A DNA stretch of 63,410 nucleotides, counting the filler, from Phoronis australis (Eukaryota; Animalia; Phoronida), in the NCBI GenBank assembly GCA_002633005.1. It is 8 parts of 8 records of this genome, joined end to end, with 100 filler letters (N's around TTAATTAATTAA, not from the genome) between each part and the next. Parts side by side here need not be neighbours in the genome. Positions count along the whole stretch, not along the records: positions 1 to 21,738 come from NMRA01001402.1; 7 more parts are not named here. One strand, written 5' to 3'. Under the pieces are notes generated by a model that was given only the letters and a program-made list of their open reading frames with translations, was not told where the DNA came from and ran no database searches. The stretch's first letter is position 1. Every line of letters begins with the position of its first letter. Of this stretch, positions 1-13,100 are shown piece by piece. The translations under genes were made by a program, and so were the position numbers.

Positions 1-1141
1 AGTTCTTAAACAGAGCTGAGTTCCATCAGAGAGCTTTTCATCACTTGGTGAAAACATTTAAACCAAAAGAATGGGAGGAAAATTCTTGTCCATTGTGTTA
101 GTACTAACAAAATCAAATTACGTTGACAAGTTTACAAAATCACAAACGATTTTGCCGGTAATATTTCGCCTCTCCTTACTTTCCTTTAACAACAACGAAT
201 CAAATCGTCTGCCATCTTGGGAGCTCAGTTTTTGACCTAATGACGTCGTGTAGTGACCTGAATGAGGGACAATGAGCCCAGTGAATGCTTTAGTCCATGA
301 GTTCACCGGTAGGTTAAAAAATGCAAATGGCAGAGTGACAAGCGAAAAGCAAAAATTTGAATATTCGAGTGAATAAGTCTTTTCGAAGAGCTTGATTTCC
401 GTGGATAACTGAACTCAAAGCCTTGTTCGAGCTGTTGTCACAAAAAATAAACAGTTAAATATTCTTTTTTTGTTGAGAACCTCTAGTTTACACTTAGCAT
501 GTAGAATTATAGAAAGAACTGACTTTGTAGTTGTTCAAATATGATTCCTGGATTGATGAAGCTTTGAAAAACGAATTTGAATAATTATACTTGTACTTAA
601 AATAGCCATTTTTCTACAACTTTGTCATCTTTTGTAACCACACCACAGGTTAGTGATCATGCTATGTTTGAAATTAATTGAAAGTATCTTTATGCAATGA
701 AAATACAAAAAATGTGAAGTTCATCAGAAGGTCGGGATAACTCAGTTGTATATCTTGAGGGCGCAATTACCGCCAATTCAGCGTATTGATTTGATTTAGA
801 CAGGCTTAGAGTGTGTACCTGGGCTACGTACCTGAGATTTTATCAAAATATTTCGCTCGAAGATTAAAAAAGCATAAACAGTGCTATCGACTCCATCTAC
901 TTAACTCGAGGAATCCCATCTTGTGACCTACTTTTCATTTATCAGAATTTTGCAGACGACGGAATGAAAATTTCTGTGAATTTAAACTAATTTTCTTCAA
1001 AGTATCCTGAAATCTATAATTTCTCGTAGGATAGAACTTCATCTATGCCCCTCTCGGTACATTTTGTGTATGACGGTGAGAATTTATCGTCTGTTCTAGA
1101 CACTAACTGACGCTCAGAATCATATGCACGTCGTTTAAAGT

Positions 1142-4100
1142 ATGGGAAACGTACCGTGTGGACATAAAAATGTTGCCGTTAATCCACGGGGAGTGTGGGA
1201 TAAGGTGAGTGATTTTTCGGACCTGTCCAAGCTCTAACTTTGCTTTCGTGTAACCCAGTGACACCGATTAGATTCCCTGTGTGTTATGGAGTAATGAGAT
1301 AGAGGACATTTCATCATTGGCATAAAGACATCTAACCAATACACATCTCAAACAAGGCTGAAAGGACATTGAAAAGTTTTCCACTCCTTTCGCATATTTA
1401 GGGAACCGTGGACAGTCTTACTCGGTTATTTTTCGTCTCTTTTCACCTTTCTCTAACAACGACTAATCAAATCGTCTACCATGGGAGCACCGTATGCTAG
1501 GACAATGTTGAAATGGGAGCACCTTTTGCAAGGAAAATGTCAAAATGGGAGCACCTTGCTACGAGAATGTCAAATTGGGAGCATCTTTAGCTACATGTAT
1601 GACCACTAGCACCTTTGGTCACGCAGCAGCAGTACATCGTCGACCCTACTGTACGTTGTTGCGCAGCTGATTAGAATTGCCGGTGCTATGGCATTGTTTA
1701 AATGCGAACACCTTTAGCTTTATGCCTTTATGTGTGATACATTACATTAGTTACAAATGCCTGTGCTTTGTGTGATGAGCATTGGAATGTACACCACCAT
1801 AAACACAAGCACCTTTTGAGACTGAAGGAAAACATGCAAGAGCACCTATTTACAGCAGTGACAGTACCTCGCCAGTTAGGCTACTAATATCCTATTCAGC
1901 TATTGGAATGGAGCAACTTTCGAAAGCTGAATGTTGCCGCGGTGAGCAAAATAGGGCACCTCGTAATCGTAATTCCAGAAACAAAAGAGCACGGAAATTT
2001 TCTTGAAAAATTCAAGGCACTCTGATCCGTTTTCTCCATTTGAATGCATAAATATAGACAGTTGATATGTAAAATATACTTCTGCATCATCAAATTAAAG
2101 GAAACTCCGCTATTGCATAAGAACTTAAAGAGATAAAACTGCTTGAAGTTATAATGATTATTTGAAGTAACCTTGATATTATCCTTTCTCACAAGATTTG
2201 AGCCAATCACATGAAGGTGCTGAAGAAGGTGCTCGACTCCAGTACGGTACACTTTTATACCTCAGTATTGAGACCAAATCACTCGTCACAAGGTGACACT
2301 AGGCGCGTTAGAGCTACAAAACAGTCTCCCGTTTAGTAACGGTACGACCTCGCTAAAAAGCAACATTTCGCTGGATTATGTGAGATATTTAAGTGACGAA
2401 GTACACCCTTTCTATAACATCTTTTCAAGTATCAAGTTGTGTACTAGTTAGAATATCATTAAAAATGGCAAGTTTGATTTTTTCAGAGAGACAGTGTCAC
2501 AAGTACGTGGGCGCGCAAAAGCACAGCTAAGCCGAACCAAAGGAAACTTTACAGGTTCATATTTAAAAATATTATTGGAAGAGATGCCATGTTTGAAGGG
2601 CCTTATGGGAAAAGACGCGGTAAGATACTAACGAAATGACAGCCTGAAAAGTATTACGGTACGCGCCAAGTGTCACGTTAGGACGAGTCGTTTGGACTCA
2701 TCCGAATACAATTAGACTCGTCATAGTCGACACTGAAGGTAATTCCTAAGTATTAAGTACCACCCCATTTCTGCTTGACCAATTCCCATGGCCATGTGGG
2801 AAACTTATTGCGTGCTTTGTACTTGTTACCGGCAATATTTTGAAGCACTTTAGTCATCGTTATGATTTACAGCCTTTGTAGTTGTTAATCACGTCCAAAC
2901 GCGACGATCTGATTGGCTTGTCAACACGCTATTACCTTAGTAGTGTTTTCTTCTTTTAGAAACATGGACACGTGTTCACCTACTGACCGACCGGGTCATT
3001 AACGCGTTATCGTGCCAGAATTGACTTGTCATATGGTGACGCTGGACGCATTTCTTAGAAAGACCATGTGCCCTACAAACAGTTCAAAGTTCAATATTCT
3101 TCAACTCGATCTGTCTTGTCTTACAAAATTTAACAGTGGAATCAAACAGAAATCGCTTTCGTAGTCTACATAAATACACCCATATTTCCTATTACCTAGG
3201 GAATATGGCTGCCCAAAACCGAAATGCGTTCGTCTCTGGCTGTTTCAGTTATCTACTGCGATTACACGGCGTCTGGTAGGTCTCTCAACTACATTGAAGA
3301 CTTTATTAAAAGCCATGTGTGCGAATTTTACGCCAACACCCACACTACGGCAAACATAACGGGAAGAATTACTCAGAGACTGAGGGAAGAGGCAAGGTCA
3401 GTATAGCGCATTGTCTTGTTCATCAAAAAAACCCAAAGTTCTTGTTGAGTAACTTTTAATCCTTTCCTCAGACCAGCAACATAACAATTGCACAGTTGCT
3501 GTCTCCATTTTAACTTGCTGTGACTAAGGTGCCAGTACAGTTAGGGTTCATAATGCATTTGTCAGCGTTGTGTAAACTGCTGTCATTCACGTAATGTTGT
3601 CTTCGATGATGCGCGAAGCTTTGAATGTAAATGTTTTAAACATTTTCCATCCAATTACCAGGGAAATGATCAAGAAAAGTGTCAACGCGACGGACGAGGA
3701 TGTTCTCATTTTCACCGGAAATGGTGTCACGGGTGCAGTCCACAAACTTATTGGCATAATGAACTTGCAAGAAAACAAAGAAAATATAGTAAGAGTTTTC
3801 GTGACATCCTACGTAACTGAAACGTGAATTAACCCAATGGGGATTTGAAGTCATGGTACTCTGTAGTTGAGTTCGCATGACATGAAGATACTCGGCAATG
3901 TTTTTGAATGTTCACAAACCAGCCTCCCGTTCAGTAACGCTAGGACCTCGCTAAAAAGCAAGACTTCGCGAGATTACGTGAGAAATTGCCGTGTATTTTA
4001 AATGAGAACACGTGACTTTGACTAGGTTTTAGCTAGGTCCTAGCGTAGGTCCTAGCGTCTACTGAACACACGCCAGCTTCCAACTATGACTTGAAGCTGG

Positions 4101-7100
4101 CGTGCGTTCAGTAGACGCTAGGACCTACGCTAGGACCTAGCTAAAGTCTAGTGAAGGTCACGTGTTCTCATTTAAAATACACGGCAATATCTCACGTAAT
4201 CTCGCGAAGTCTTGCTTTTTAGCGAGGTCCTAGCGTTACTGAACGGGAGGCAGATCTCCGCAAACTGTGTGAGTGCTTTCTTTGCTCTATAAACAGTTTT
4301 GCACCGTGATGTATCTCCTTAGGTAGTACTGACGAGTCCATATGAACACCATTCCAATATTTTGCCTTGGAAGGAAACGGGAGCAAAAGTCTTGCGCGTC
4401 ATGGAAATGAAGAAAACTGGTCTCGTGGACATGGATGATTTGGACAAACAATTAAGAGTTAGTAAGCTTTCAAATTGTAAATCTTATCCTGTAACATCAG
4501 TTTTCGACCAGGACCAGTGACTTGAAGTTGTGCATTGTCTCGGCATTTCTTTACTGCATTGAGGAAAATATATTTGTTTTTGCTCAAGACCGACATCCAA
4601 AAAACTACCCAAGACTACAAAATTTCTCGTCTTATTCAAATGTAGATGTCGGCACTAACCCATCAATCACTTTTGCGTATCCTTACACTTTGTAATTTGC
4701 ATACTTTACAGATTCATTCCGACGAGGGTTATCGCATCCTTGCCTCGTTTTCAGCTGCCAGCAATGTCACAGGGATTATTACAGACATTGACAGCGTTGC
4801 CAGACTGGTTCACAGATATGGTGGTCAAATATTTTGCGATTTCGCTGCCGGGGCGCCTTACGTGGACATAGATGTAAACGCACCAAATTTAGCGTAAGAA
4901 TGAATTTATTGCATTCAAAATTTGCGTGTTCTTGAATTAGTAAACGGCTCTTCAAGCAGCGGTTTCGTCACTGTGCGGTAGCTATTAAGCTACATGTAGT
5001 GGCTGGCTAGTAAGGTCGCCGCTATCTTGCAAGCTACCGATGAGACCCTTGCCTTACACCTACATGTACGTTTTCGCTACTCTGAGCACACCCCTTCTGT
5101 TACCAAATCTGATGAAGTACAAGCTTGCTACAATTTTTCTATTAACAATAAGAGTGAGTCACAGATCAGGCGACCTCTTCCAACCTTGTCACCTGTCATG
5201 ACGCTGGAGAAATCCAAATGTTTTACTGATTATGTCCATACTTTTTCAAACAAATATAATATGGTTTCACTGTTTGATGACCGGTTTGCCCATGCCCGTT
5301 GTGTTGAATTGTTGCTGTCGTTTCAGACACAAGGACGCGGTTTTGCTGTCACCGCACAAATTTGTCGGAGGTCCGGGCACTCCTGGAATTCTTGTCGCCA
5401 AGAAAAACTTGTTTGTGAACGCAGTGCCACACTGTGGTGGAGGCGGGACTGTTGTCTATGTATGGGATAAACCAGAAAACTTGTTCAATTCATTACAACA
5501 AACAACCAGGAATTGTGATATGAGGTGTCATAATTGAAGAAGCATTTTGAGTGATGTTTATTTCTCGCTTAGCAATTGGAAAAATCACATGTTGTGTATC
5601 ATTTTATCTTCAGACTGGTAATCAGTCGGACAACAGAGCATCTAGGATGCGCATTTATTTTAGTTGGAATCAGTGGTTGAACAAATGGCATGCTCGACAT
5701 AAGTGGAAAACACTTGAAATGGCTTTTCTGACTGATATTTTTCGGTTTTTTGTTCTCCAAAATGCAACAAGTCGACTAAAAACTGAGTAGGAATCAACGG
5801 AAATTGTTGCAGGTTTTCATACTCTTAAGTTAGAATTTCATGGGAAGCTGTTGGGGAAGGGGGTTTCTAGAACTTCCAACACATTCCTAAAACATAGGTG
5901 TAGTGCAAGTGAATTTACGACGAAATTAGTGTAATTGAATACTTAGTAGTTTCAACTACAATTGAAAACAAGCCTCATGTGGTTCTGCTTTGTCTTTTAG
6001 GCACTTTTGTGCCGGGTGGCCTGTTGCTTATCGTCTCCAACCCGCTTCAGTCACTTTTTGGATGACATCGGAAAACGTGGGTTTGGCAGTGGCCTTACTT
6101 GAGCGAAGTGTCGGCAAACATTTAGGGCTCACGTAGTTTTAACCAGAAAGTAGCGTGTCTTATGAATAATAAACTTAGAAGCAAGTCTGTTTTAAAGTGT
6201 AATTTGCAAGGTCCAAGTATATTAAATTGCAATAATATCTTCAAGGTATTGCTATTTGGATGTATTTTATTCAAATCATCGTATTATTGTATCTTAAGTT
6301 ATTTTAAAAAAGCGAAAATAAGAAAATGCGCGAAAAGTTGACCTTTGACACCGTGACATGGTGTTGGGGAACACAAACCAGATCATATCCCACAATGCAG
6401 TTCACTGCTATTATATCACAGTACACGAAGAACAAAGACCGTTCAACCTTTGCGCGTTTTAGCCATGGTGCATCGGTGTGTGTGTGTGTGTGTTAACTAT
6501 TTTAACACCACACAGGTTGAAGGCATGAGCCCATTTAAATTCTAAAAAGACAAGCATCTGGCTGCGTAATGGCAGGTTTTCGTGTGCTCTGCTCGTCTTT
6601 TGAAAATGACTGTCGAGTCAGCCATCAGTCGGAGCCGAAATATGCTCCGACCATTTTGAGGACGGCTGCTTTGACGACAAACACGTCATGAAGGTTGAAG
6701 CTGGTCTTATAAAAAGGTAAGTTACCTTGAGAATTGTGATGTCTAATAATTCATGACGCTTTCGCAGTGCCTGAACAATAACAATCTTTTTTTTCACAAT
6801 CACCGTAGTTCTCAAGTGTTTATAATCTGTTCTTTTTCCGTGAAAGATTTAGTTATAAATGGATCAGTAAAACTAAAAGCCACAACAAATAAAGCTGATC
6901 TCAAAAGATGCATGTATTTTGAAAAAAATGCAGACTATGAATAAAGTAAAACAGGATGGTAACTCAATTCCAAGGTTTTGATTATTAAAGTAGTCTGCTT
7001 AAAAAAAGGATTAAAATCTAGTTTTGGCATTTGCTTGAAGGTTATAAAAGAAGGCGAAAACTTGCAATTAGATATCATCGTGTTTTACTTTAATCATGGA

Positions 7101-10100
7101 CTACTCTGGATTCAAAATGTTTTTTTTTTACTTTTAAATTGCCGCTGTTGTGCTTTTCAGAGTATGTAAATGAAAGGAGAACACCTTCCACTTAGTGCGG
7201 AACAAAAGAGAAACTGGAGATCTTGAAATTCGCTTAGAAATTGATGCCCCTCCAATGCCGACTGCTGGTGCTCCAGATGTATCCAAGGAGGATGCCGTGG
7301 CACAGATAAATTCAGACTTGGTGCTTTGTCAATGGACAGCACTGGAATTTCTTTCCGTCACATATTTAACAGTCACTACCAATGTATTAGATCAAATTTT
7401 TGATAGTGGTACAGATAGCAATGCCAGAGTGTTTATAGTACCAGTAGTGGAAATTGTGAAAAGCTTTTGTGTGTGGCATTTGACTGTCCCATTTGTATAG
7501 ATAAACCCAGTGATATACTATGTTCTTATATTGAAACTAGTGGCAGATTTAGAGGGAGGCCATGCCCCCCCTAAAATTCTCCCAGATTCCATTTGACTGT
7601 TTGGGGGTGCGAATGTCTGACGGGCAAAATCCTGACTAATACCGTGCCCTGGCCCCCCTAACTCAAAATCCTGGATCCGCACCTGGAAACATTTCAATGG
7701 TTCTTCAATACAATGACTATAAATATGGGGGCATAGCTTTTTAAGTATATTTGATATGCACTAAACTGTTGCTGTCCCATACAATGGGTCGGTAAGTGGG
7801 GGTGAAAAGGCACTTGTTTGGGTCGTCCTTCTTTTCGTGCGACAATCTCATCTAAATTGTACACAGAATAATCACTTGCACAGAATTCGAACATTGTCTT
7901 GGGAATTTTTGAGTGATTGGTACAAGCACTCCCTCCAAGATTTCCCGCTTCCAACTCATGTGCATACTTTTTGTGTTTTCGATCTACCATGTCACAGACA
8001 TCTAAAGCTATTGCATGCTGGGGCTTTTGGGTTGAAATTCAGTGGTTGCTGTGTTCTGCTACTTGATTTCTCATTGAATTACAGTAGAACTCGCTAAGTT
8101 GTATCCAGTGAGACTGAGGTATTTCATCAAAGTTAGAGTTATTTGGAGGCGTTACTGCGGAATTAATGCTAACCTTTCTAAAGTTCCCACTGAAGCGCTA
8201 CCAATTTAGAGAGTTCTACTCTATAAGAAGAGGGCAGGAGATTCAGTCTCTACCTCTGACAATAGCCCAGATTCAAAACTTTTAATTTTTATGTAACAGC
8301 CATACTGTTCAATGTGTTCGCTTCAAGCACACAAACTGGGCTCCAATGAGACAAATTCCTCTGTTTACCTAGGTAAACCATAAGTTTAACTGATGTTGAG
8401 TTTAGAGGTTTATGGTGTAGTCCTAGTTAAATTACACTTGTCGTGACCATGTTATCATAAGTAACCAGAATGATGAGCATCAATAAATGCTGCTCGCTGT
8501 GTTAATTATTTACCATTCTGAAACCACAGAAGTCTATTCACGGAATGCCTACTTCAATTTCATGCCGCTGAGGTTGCACTGCATTCGTTTGTTACGATGT
8601 TTGATCTTTCTATGGAATTAACCACTACAACTTTTTGCAACTCGTTTGAATTACATAAAACTAGTCCCTGAGTCACAAGTTTTTATAACAGAATACATAG
8701 GTCATGTGGAGGAGTTGGCATTCCAGGGCTAAGACAACTGTTGATATATATAAATGGGTGAAACTTTTAAGAAAATCCTTGGAACTCAAAAGTTTTCCTC
8801 ATTTCCTGGCGGAGGGTAGAAAGCTCTGATGCAGGCTACTGCGCATGCTGGAATGACAAAACGGGAAGTTTGTCTTGAGTGACCGTGTACCCATTTTTGG
8901 AACTGTCTGTAGGCCACGTGTCAAATCTTTTTATCCAAGGGTCTGTCATAGCCATCAGGATATTGGCTTTGGTACTGCAACCATGCAGTCTCCAAAACAC
9001 CACGATTGATGTACACAGGTTTAAACCACCATGCTCCACAAAACATTTTTTCTTCTGTGTTAGTTGTCACGTTTCATTTCTTCATCAAGTTTTGCAACAA
9101 CCTTGTCAACCTCTTGGCAACATACTCTTTCTTCAACAACTGAGGTTGTCTGACAGTTGCCCCAGGTGCATCTGCAAGATGTGTCAACAATAATACATTA
9201 TTTCAGTAAACATCAACATTTCGAATTGAAAAATTTACCAAGAGTGCCTCTACCAAATTGAGGGGTCTGCATACAATGTACGACTTCAGTTTTAAGGAAA
9301 ATTGATTGAAACATCACAACCTATTTATTTTTTGTACAAATTGATCATATATAGTAAAGATATTAACTTTTCATACAAATGAATAGTGCTACACCCAAGG
9401 CAGTGGTACATCATGCCCGGGTGATATAGTAATGGACATTAGTTGTTTGATTTTTTAGCTGACCCTAAGACAAAAGGTAGTTGCCCTGATTCATTGATGG
9501 AGGGGACTGTTTTGTATGTACATGTAGTCGTGAGACCTGTTCTCCCAATCTGAATCCTATCGGCACCCACATACCATTAATCAAACTAGACAATGACAAT
9601 GGGGCAAACCAACTTGAAAAGCAGTGTTGCCACTCAAAGGGTCGCCCATATTTTAAATATTACAGTATACATTAAAAGTTCTTGATATGCTATATGGGCA
9701 ATCACCAACCCAATGGTATGCTCTTTTTACTCTATAGAAACTTTACCAGGCGGTTCCTACCCAAGTCGACTCGTAACCAAACCATGTACCATATTTCATT
9801 TATAAATAATGGCAACATTGGGTCAATGTACATCGACATGAAATGGTTGTTTCCATTTCAAGCATCGCCTTACAAAATAAAACTGTTTTGGAACACATGT
9901 GTAGATTGATATAGATTCGAGTTGACTTGAGTACGAAAATGAAATGACTTGTTCTATAACCTATAGAATTATGCCGTCCCCCAGCACCAAGGTGAGCAAG
10001 TCTAAATTATAAAATTGCAATTATTTCATCCTCTTCTTTACAATTCAAAGTCGATTATTCCAAAGTGGTTCTCATTCATTCCCTTGCATACATTTATTCA

Positions 10101-13100
10101 CTCACTAGTAACACCCAGCTCAGTCTCGGAGAAGTAAGAGACAATTTTTTTCAATGCTCAATTGCATGCCAGTGAAAGCCAGGATTCGAACCCGAGTCTC
10201 ACGAGCTCAAACCACTGAGCCACACTGTCTACAAATAATCAGAGGCCTAACACTTTTTGAGTGATTTGCTAAAATGCAAAAAAATCCAAGTTTTATCACT
10301 GAAACTGGTATTTATCCACGGCTGAAACACGATTCACCAATGGGGATATGGGCGTCTGGGACTGACTGTGGTAGTGGTAAAGCACCTACTTTTGAATTAA
10401 AAAAGACCAAGTTATAATTCGCGGTTATAGAATACATATTGATAATATTCTTACCAATCACTAACATCTAATCGCAACTCCTGCGCACCTTCAGCCTGTT
10501 GACGTTCACAGGACGAACCCGCTGGGAGTGAGACTTCGGCGACCAGAGAAAGGGCCGTGAAAGGGATCGAGGGAGAACGGCTCCACTACAGAAAAGCTGT
10601 GAACACATATTGTTCCTCTGGGATCTGTCACCTCCACCTCCACGTCCGAAAGGTCGGAATCATCTGAAAAGTCCACCTGTCCGTCCCTGTATCGTTCAAA
10701 GTATTCCTCATCTACGCTGCTGTACTCACTTGGACACACATTGTTCCCTTTGTGTTCCCCAACACCACGTCACAGATGTGTTACGAACGAAAATGGCGCC
10801 GTTTCTATTCTCCGTTACAACGATGGCGTTACAACACCACGGCACTAAATATGTAAATAACTTTGTATAGCGGCGTACAATTCAGTTAATGTTAAGAATA
10901 TAGCAATGGTAATTATAAACTAGAATTTAGACCATATTGTTATTCAGATTGGTTTGGACCTTGCAATTTCCTCTGAAATGACACAGTAATCAAGTTTTCT
11001 GCTATTCTAGGTAACGAGGGAGACTCATAGATACATCGCTGATATAGAAGAACGAGAAGAGGGTGGAACCCCAGCCATAATTGAAGCAATCAGGGCAGGA
11101 CTTGTCTTCCAACTGAAAAGGGTAATGAAGCCTTCAGTGCCGAGACACGACGAGGAATGTAACATAATACGTTTTCAAATTAATTAAACCCATCATAATT
11201 TATCATCAAATAAAGATCCTGGACTACTGATAGGAGAAGACGCGTCATAGTTTAACGTTAAATGTCAATCTTGGATTTCTGGTGGGAAGGACAGCCTTCT
11301 GATGGCAAAAGCTGACCTTCTGACGGGAACGAATGACATTCTGGAGGTATGCCCCAAACAAGAAGCACGGACCCAGGGATTGGATGGGTGTAGGGTAAAC
11401 GCGAAGGACTGGTTGACATGGGAAGGATGAGCATTTTTTCAATTTTGCGTCATCCTATCGCATTAGTGGTGATGGTTTGAGTTTATTGTGTTCACACATA
11501 TTTGTATGTGGTTGAATATTGCCGTCTTGCGTCTGTCCGTACCATATCTGTGGCGTACTAATAAGTCAAACAAATGCCTACTCCTTTTGCACTACCGTCC
11601 TTCTCATCTTGCAATTGTTCTCCCTGTCCATGTTGGATCCGTCCTTCTCATCGACAGCCTTCTTACCTACCATGTTCAAAAGGATGTACAAGCAAAGTGA
11701 ACTGTCTCGAGTTTTCGCAAGTTTGTTTTGATTGTAATAACTGAACTCAGTTCAACAGAATGACCAACCCCTTAAAAAAGATGTACGTGCTTTTAGAACC
11801 TGGACATGGATTTCTTGGAACAGCGAGATCATGAACTTTTTATCAGAGCCATGAACGTTTGGAAACGAAATAAAAACTTGATCATCCTGGGAAGCCACAC
11901 GGCCAGGCGTATTCCAATATTCTCCTTTTTGGTAAAACATCCCGACTCCGGAAATCTCATTCATTACAATTTCATCGCAGACCTGCTGAATGATCTATTC
12001 GGCATACAGTCACGTGGGGGATGTGCATGCGCGGGACCATACGCGGAGGTAAGTTTAGAATTATTGTTGCACTCCAGTCACCCTTCTCTTCCACGAGTAC
12101 ACTCACCTTGTAAAGCACCACTAGCGTATTGTCTCACTTAAATCCGTTCATATCATGCATCATTTTCAGATGAAAAAGCGTGACACTATCTTGTAATTTT
12201 GAGCATTAAAAGCAATGCCAGGCGAGTATTTGTATTTGTGTTCTGTAACTTCTTCTCCTTCCCTTTCTCGTAAATTGTCCCTTTGTCGAGCTATTTGTGA
12301 GGTGACACACAAATGTCGTCAATTTCTCGTGAGCTGAATAGAGGACCCGACGGTGTCACCGCGTGGTTACTGTGCATGAGTTGGCTAACATGGAGCTGCC
12401 AATTAAAATGCAATAGAAATCGACTTTCGTGAGTCTCCTCAAAATAGTTCGGCAAAGGACAATTAACGAAAAAGAGGAGGAGAAGAAGTTGTAAAAAACA
12501 CAATTGGTCTCTCGGTATTGCTTTCTATGCACAAGCGAGTGCCACGGTGTTTCGTCTGCATGCGAGAAGATCATGCGCTAGTATTGGCCGACGAAAGCTG
12601 CTCTTGTCGGATATATTGGATCCTGATTTAAAGAACCAAGCAATCACTGAATAACACTCATGTTATTTAGAGGATGAAACTGGTTCTCTAAATCAGTGGA
12701 GTTCATTATGTCCAACTAGTGCCGACGAAATCAATGGGCTGTGCTCTTTCCCAGTGATACGAGAAGAGCTACTTCCATATAGGTGGCGCTGAGACATTTG
12801 GTAGGACAATTACGTCACAGGATATTTGTTGCAATATTTATATTTAGAAACGAGTTAACTTATTAATGTCACTGCAAAGTTGTTGCAGTTAAGTTGTACG
12901 GGACTTTCAAACAAGCAGTCATGTGGTGTCAGAATATGAAGTAGGAACTAAAATAAACGCAATATGTTATTTTTTCTGATGTATGCAATAGACATCCAAA
13001 GTTTAATCCTTCATCATCATTGTACAGATCCGCATTTTGTTTTAGGACTTACTTGGCATTTCCGAGTACCTGGCAAAGAAATTCTTTTATTTCCTTACAC

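Larger units (their letters stand above)
6196..10974 (+). mobile_element. Decayed Kolobok-type DNA transposon inside intron 5460-11010
   Basis: 21-bp TIRs AGTGTAATTTGCAAGGTCCAA (6196-6216, preceded by TTAA) and TTGGACCTTGCAATTTCCTCT (10954-10974), 18/21 match; 25-bp subterminal inverted repeat 6353-6377 / 10749-10773 (24/25); convergent THAP-transposase and KolX-like pseudogenes. Right-side TSD is not intact (GAAA). Confidence 0.8.

Noticed and set aside
10178-10229. tRNA gene
   Set aside because: A and B boxes present but no anticodon arm or acceptor stem; treated as a SINE head.
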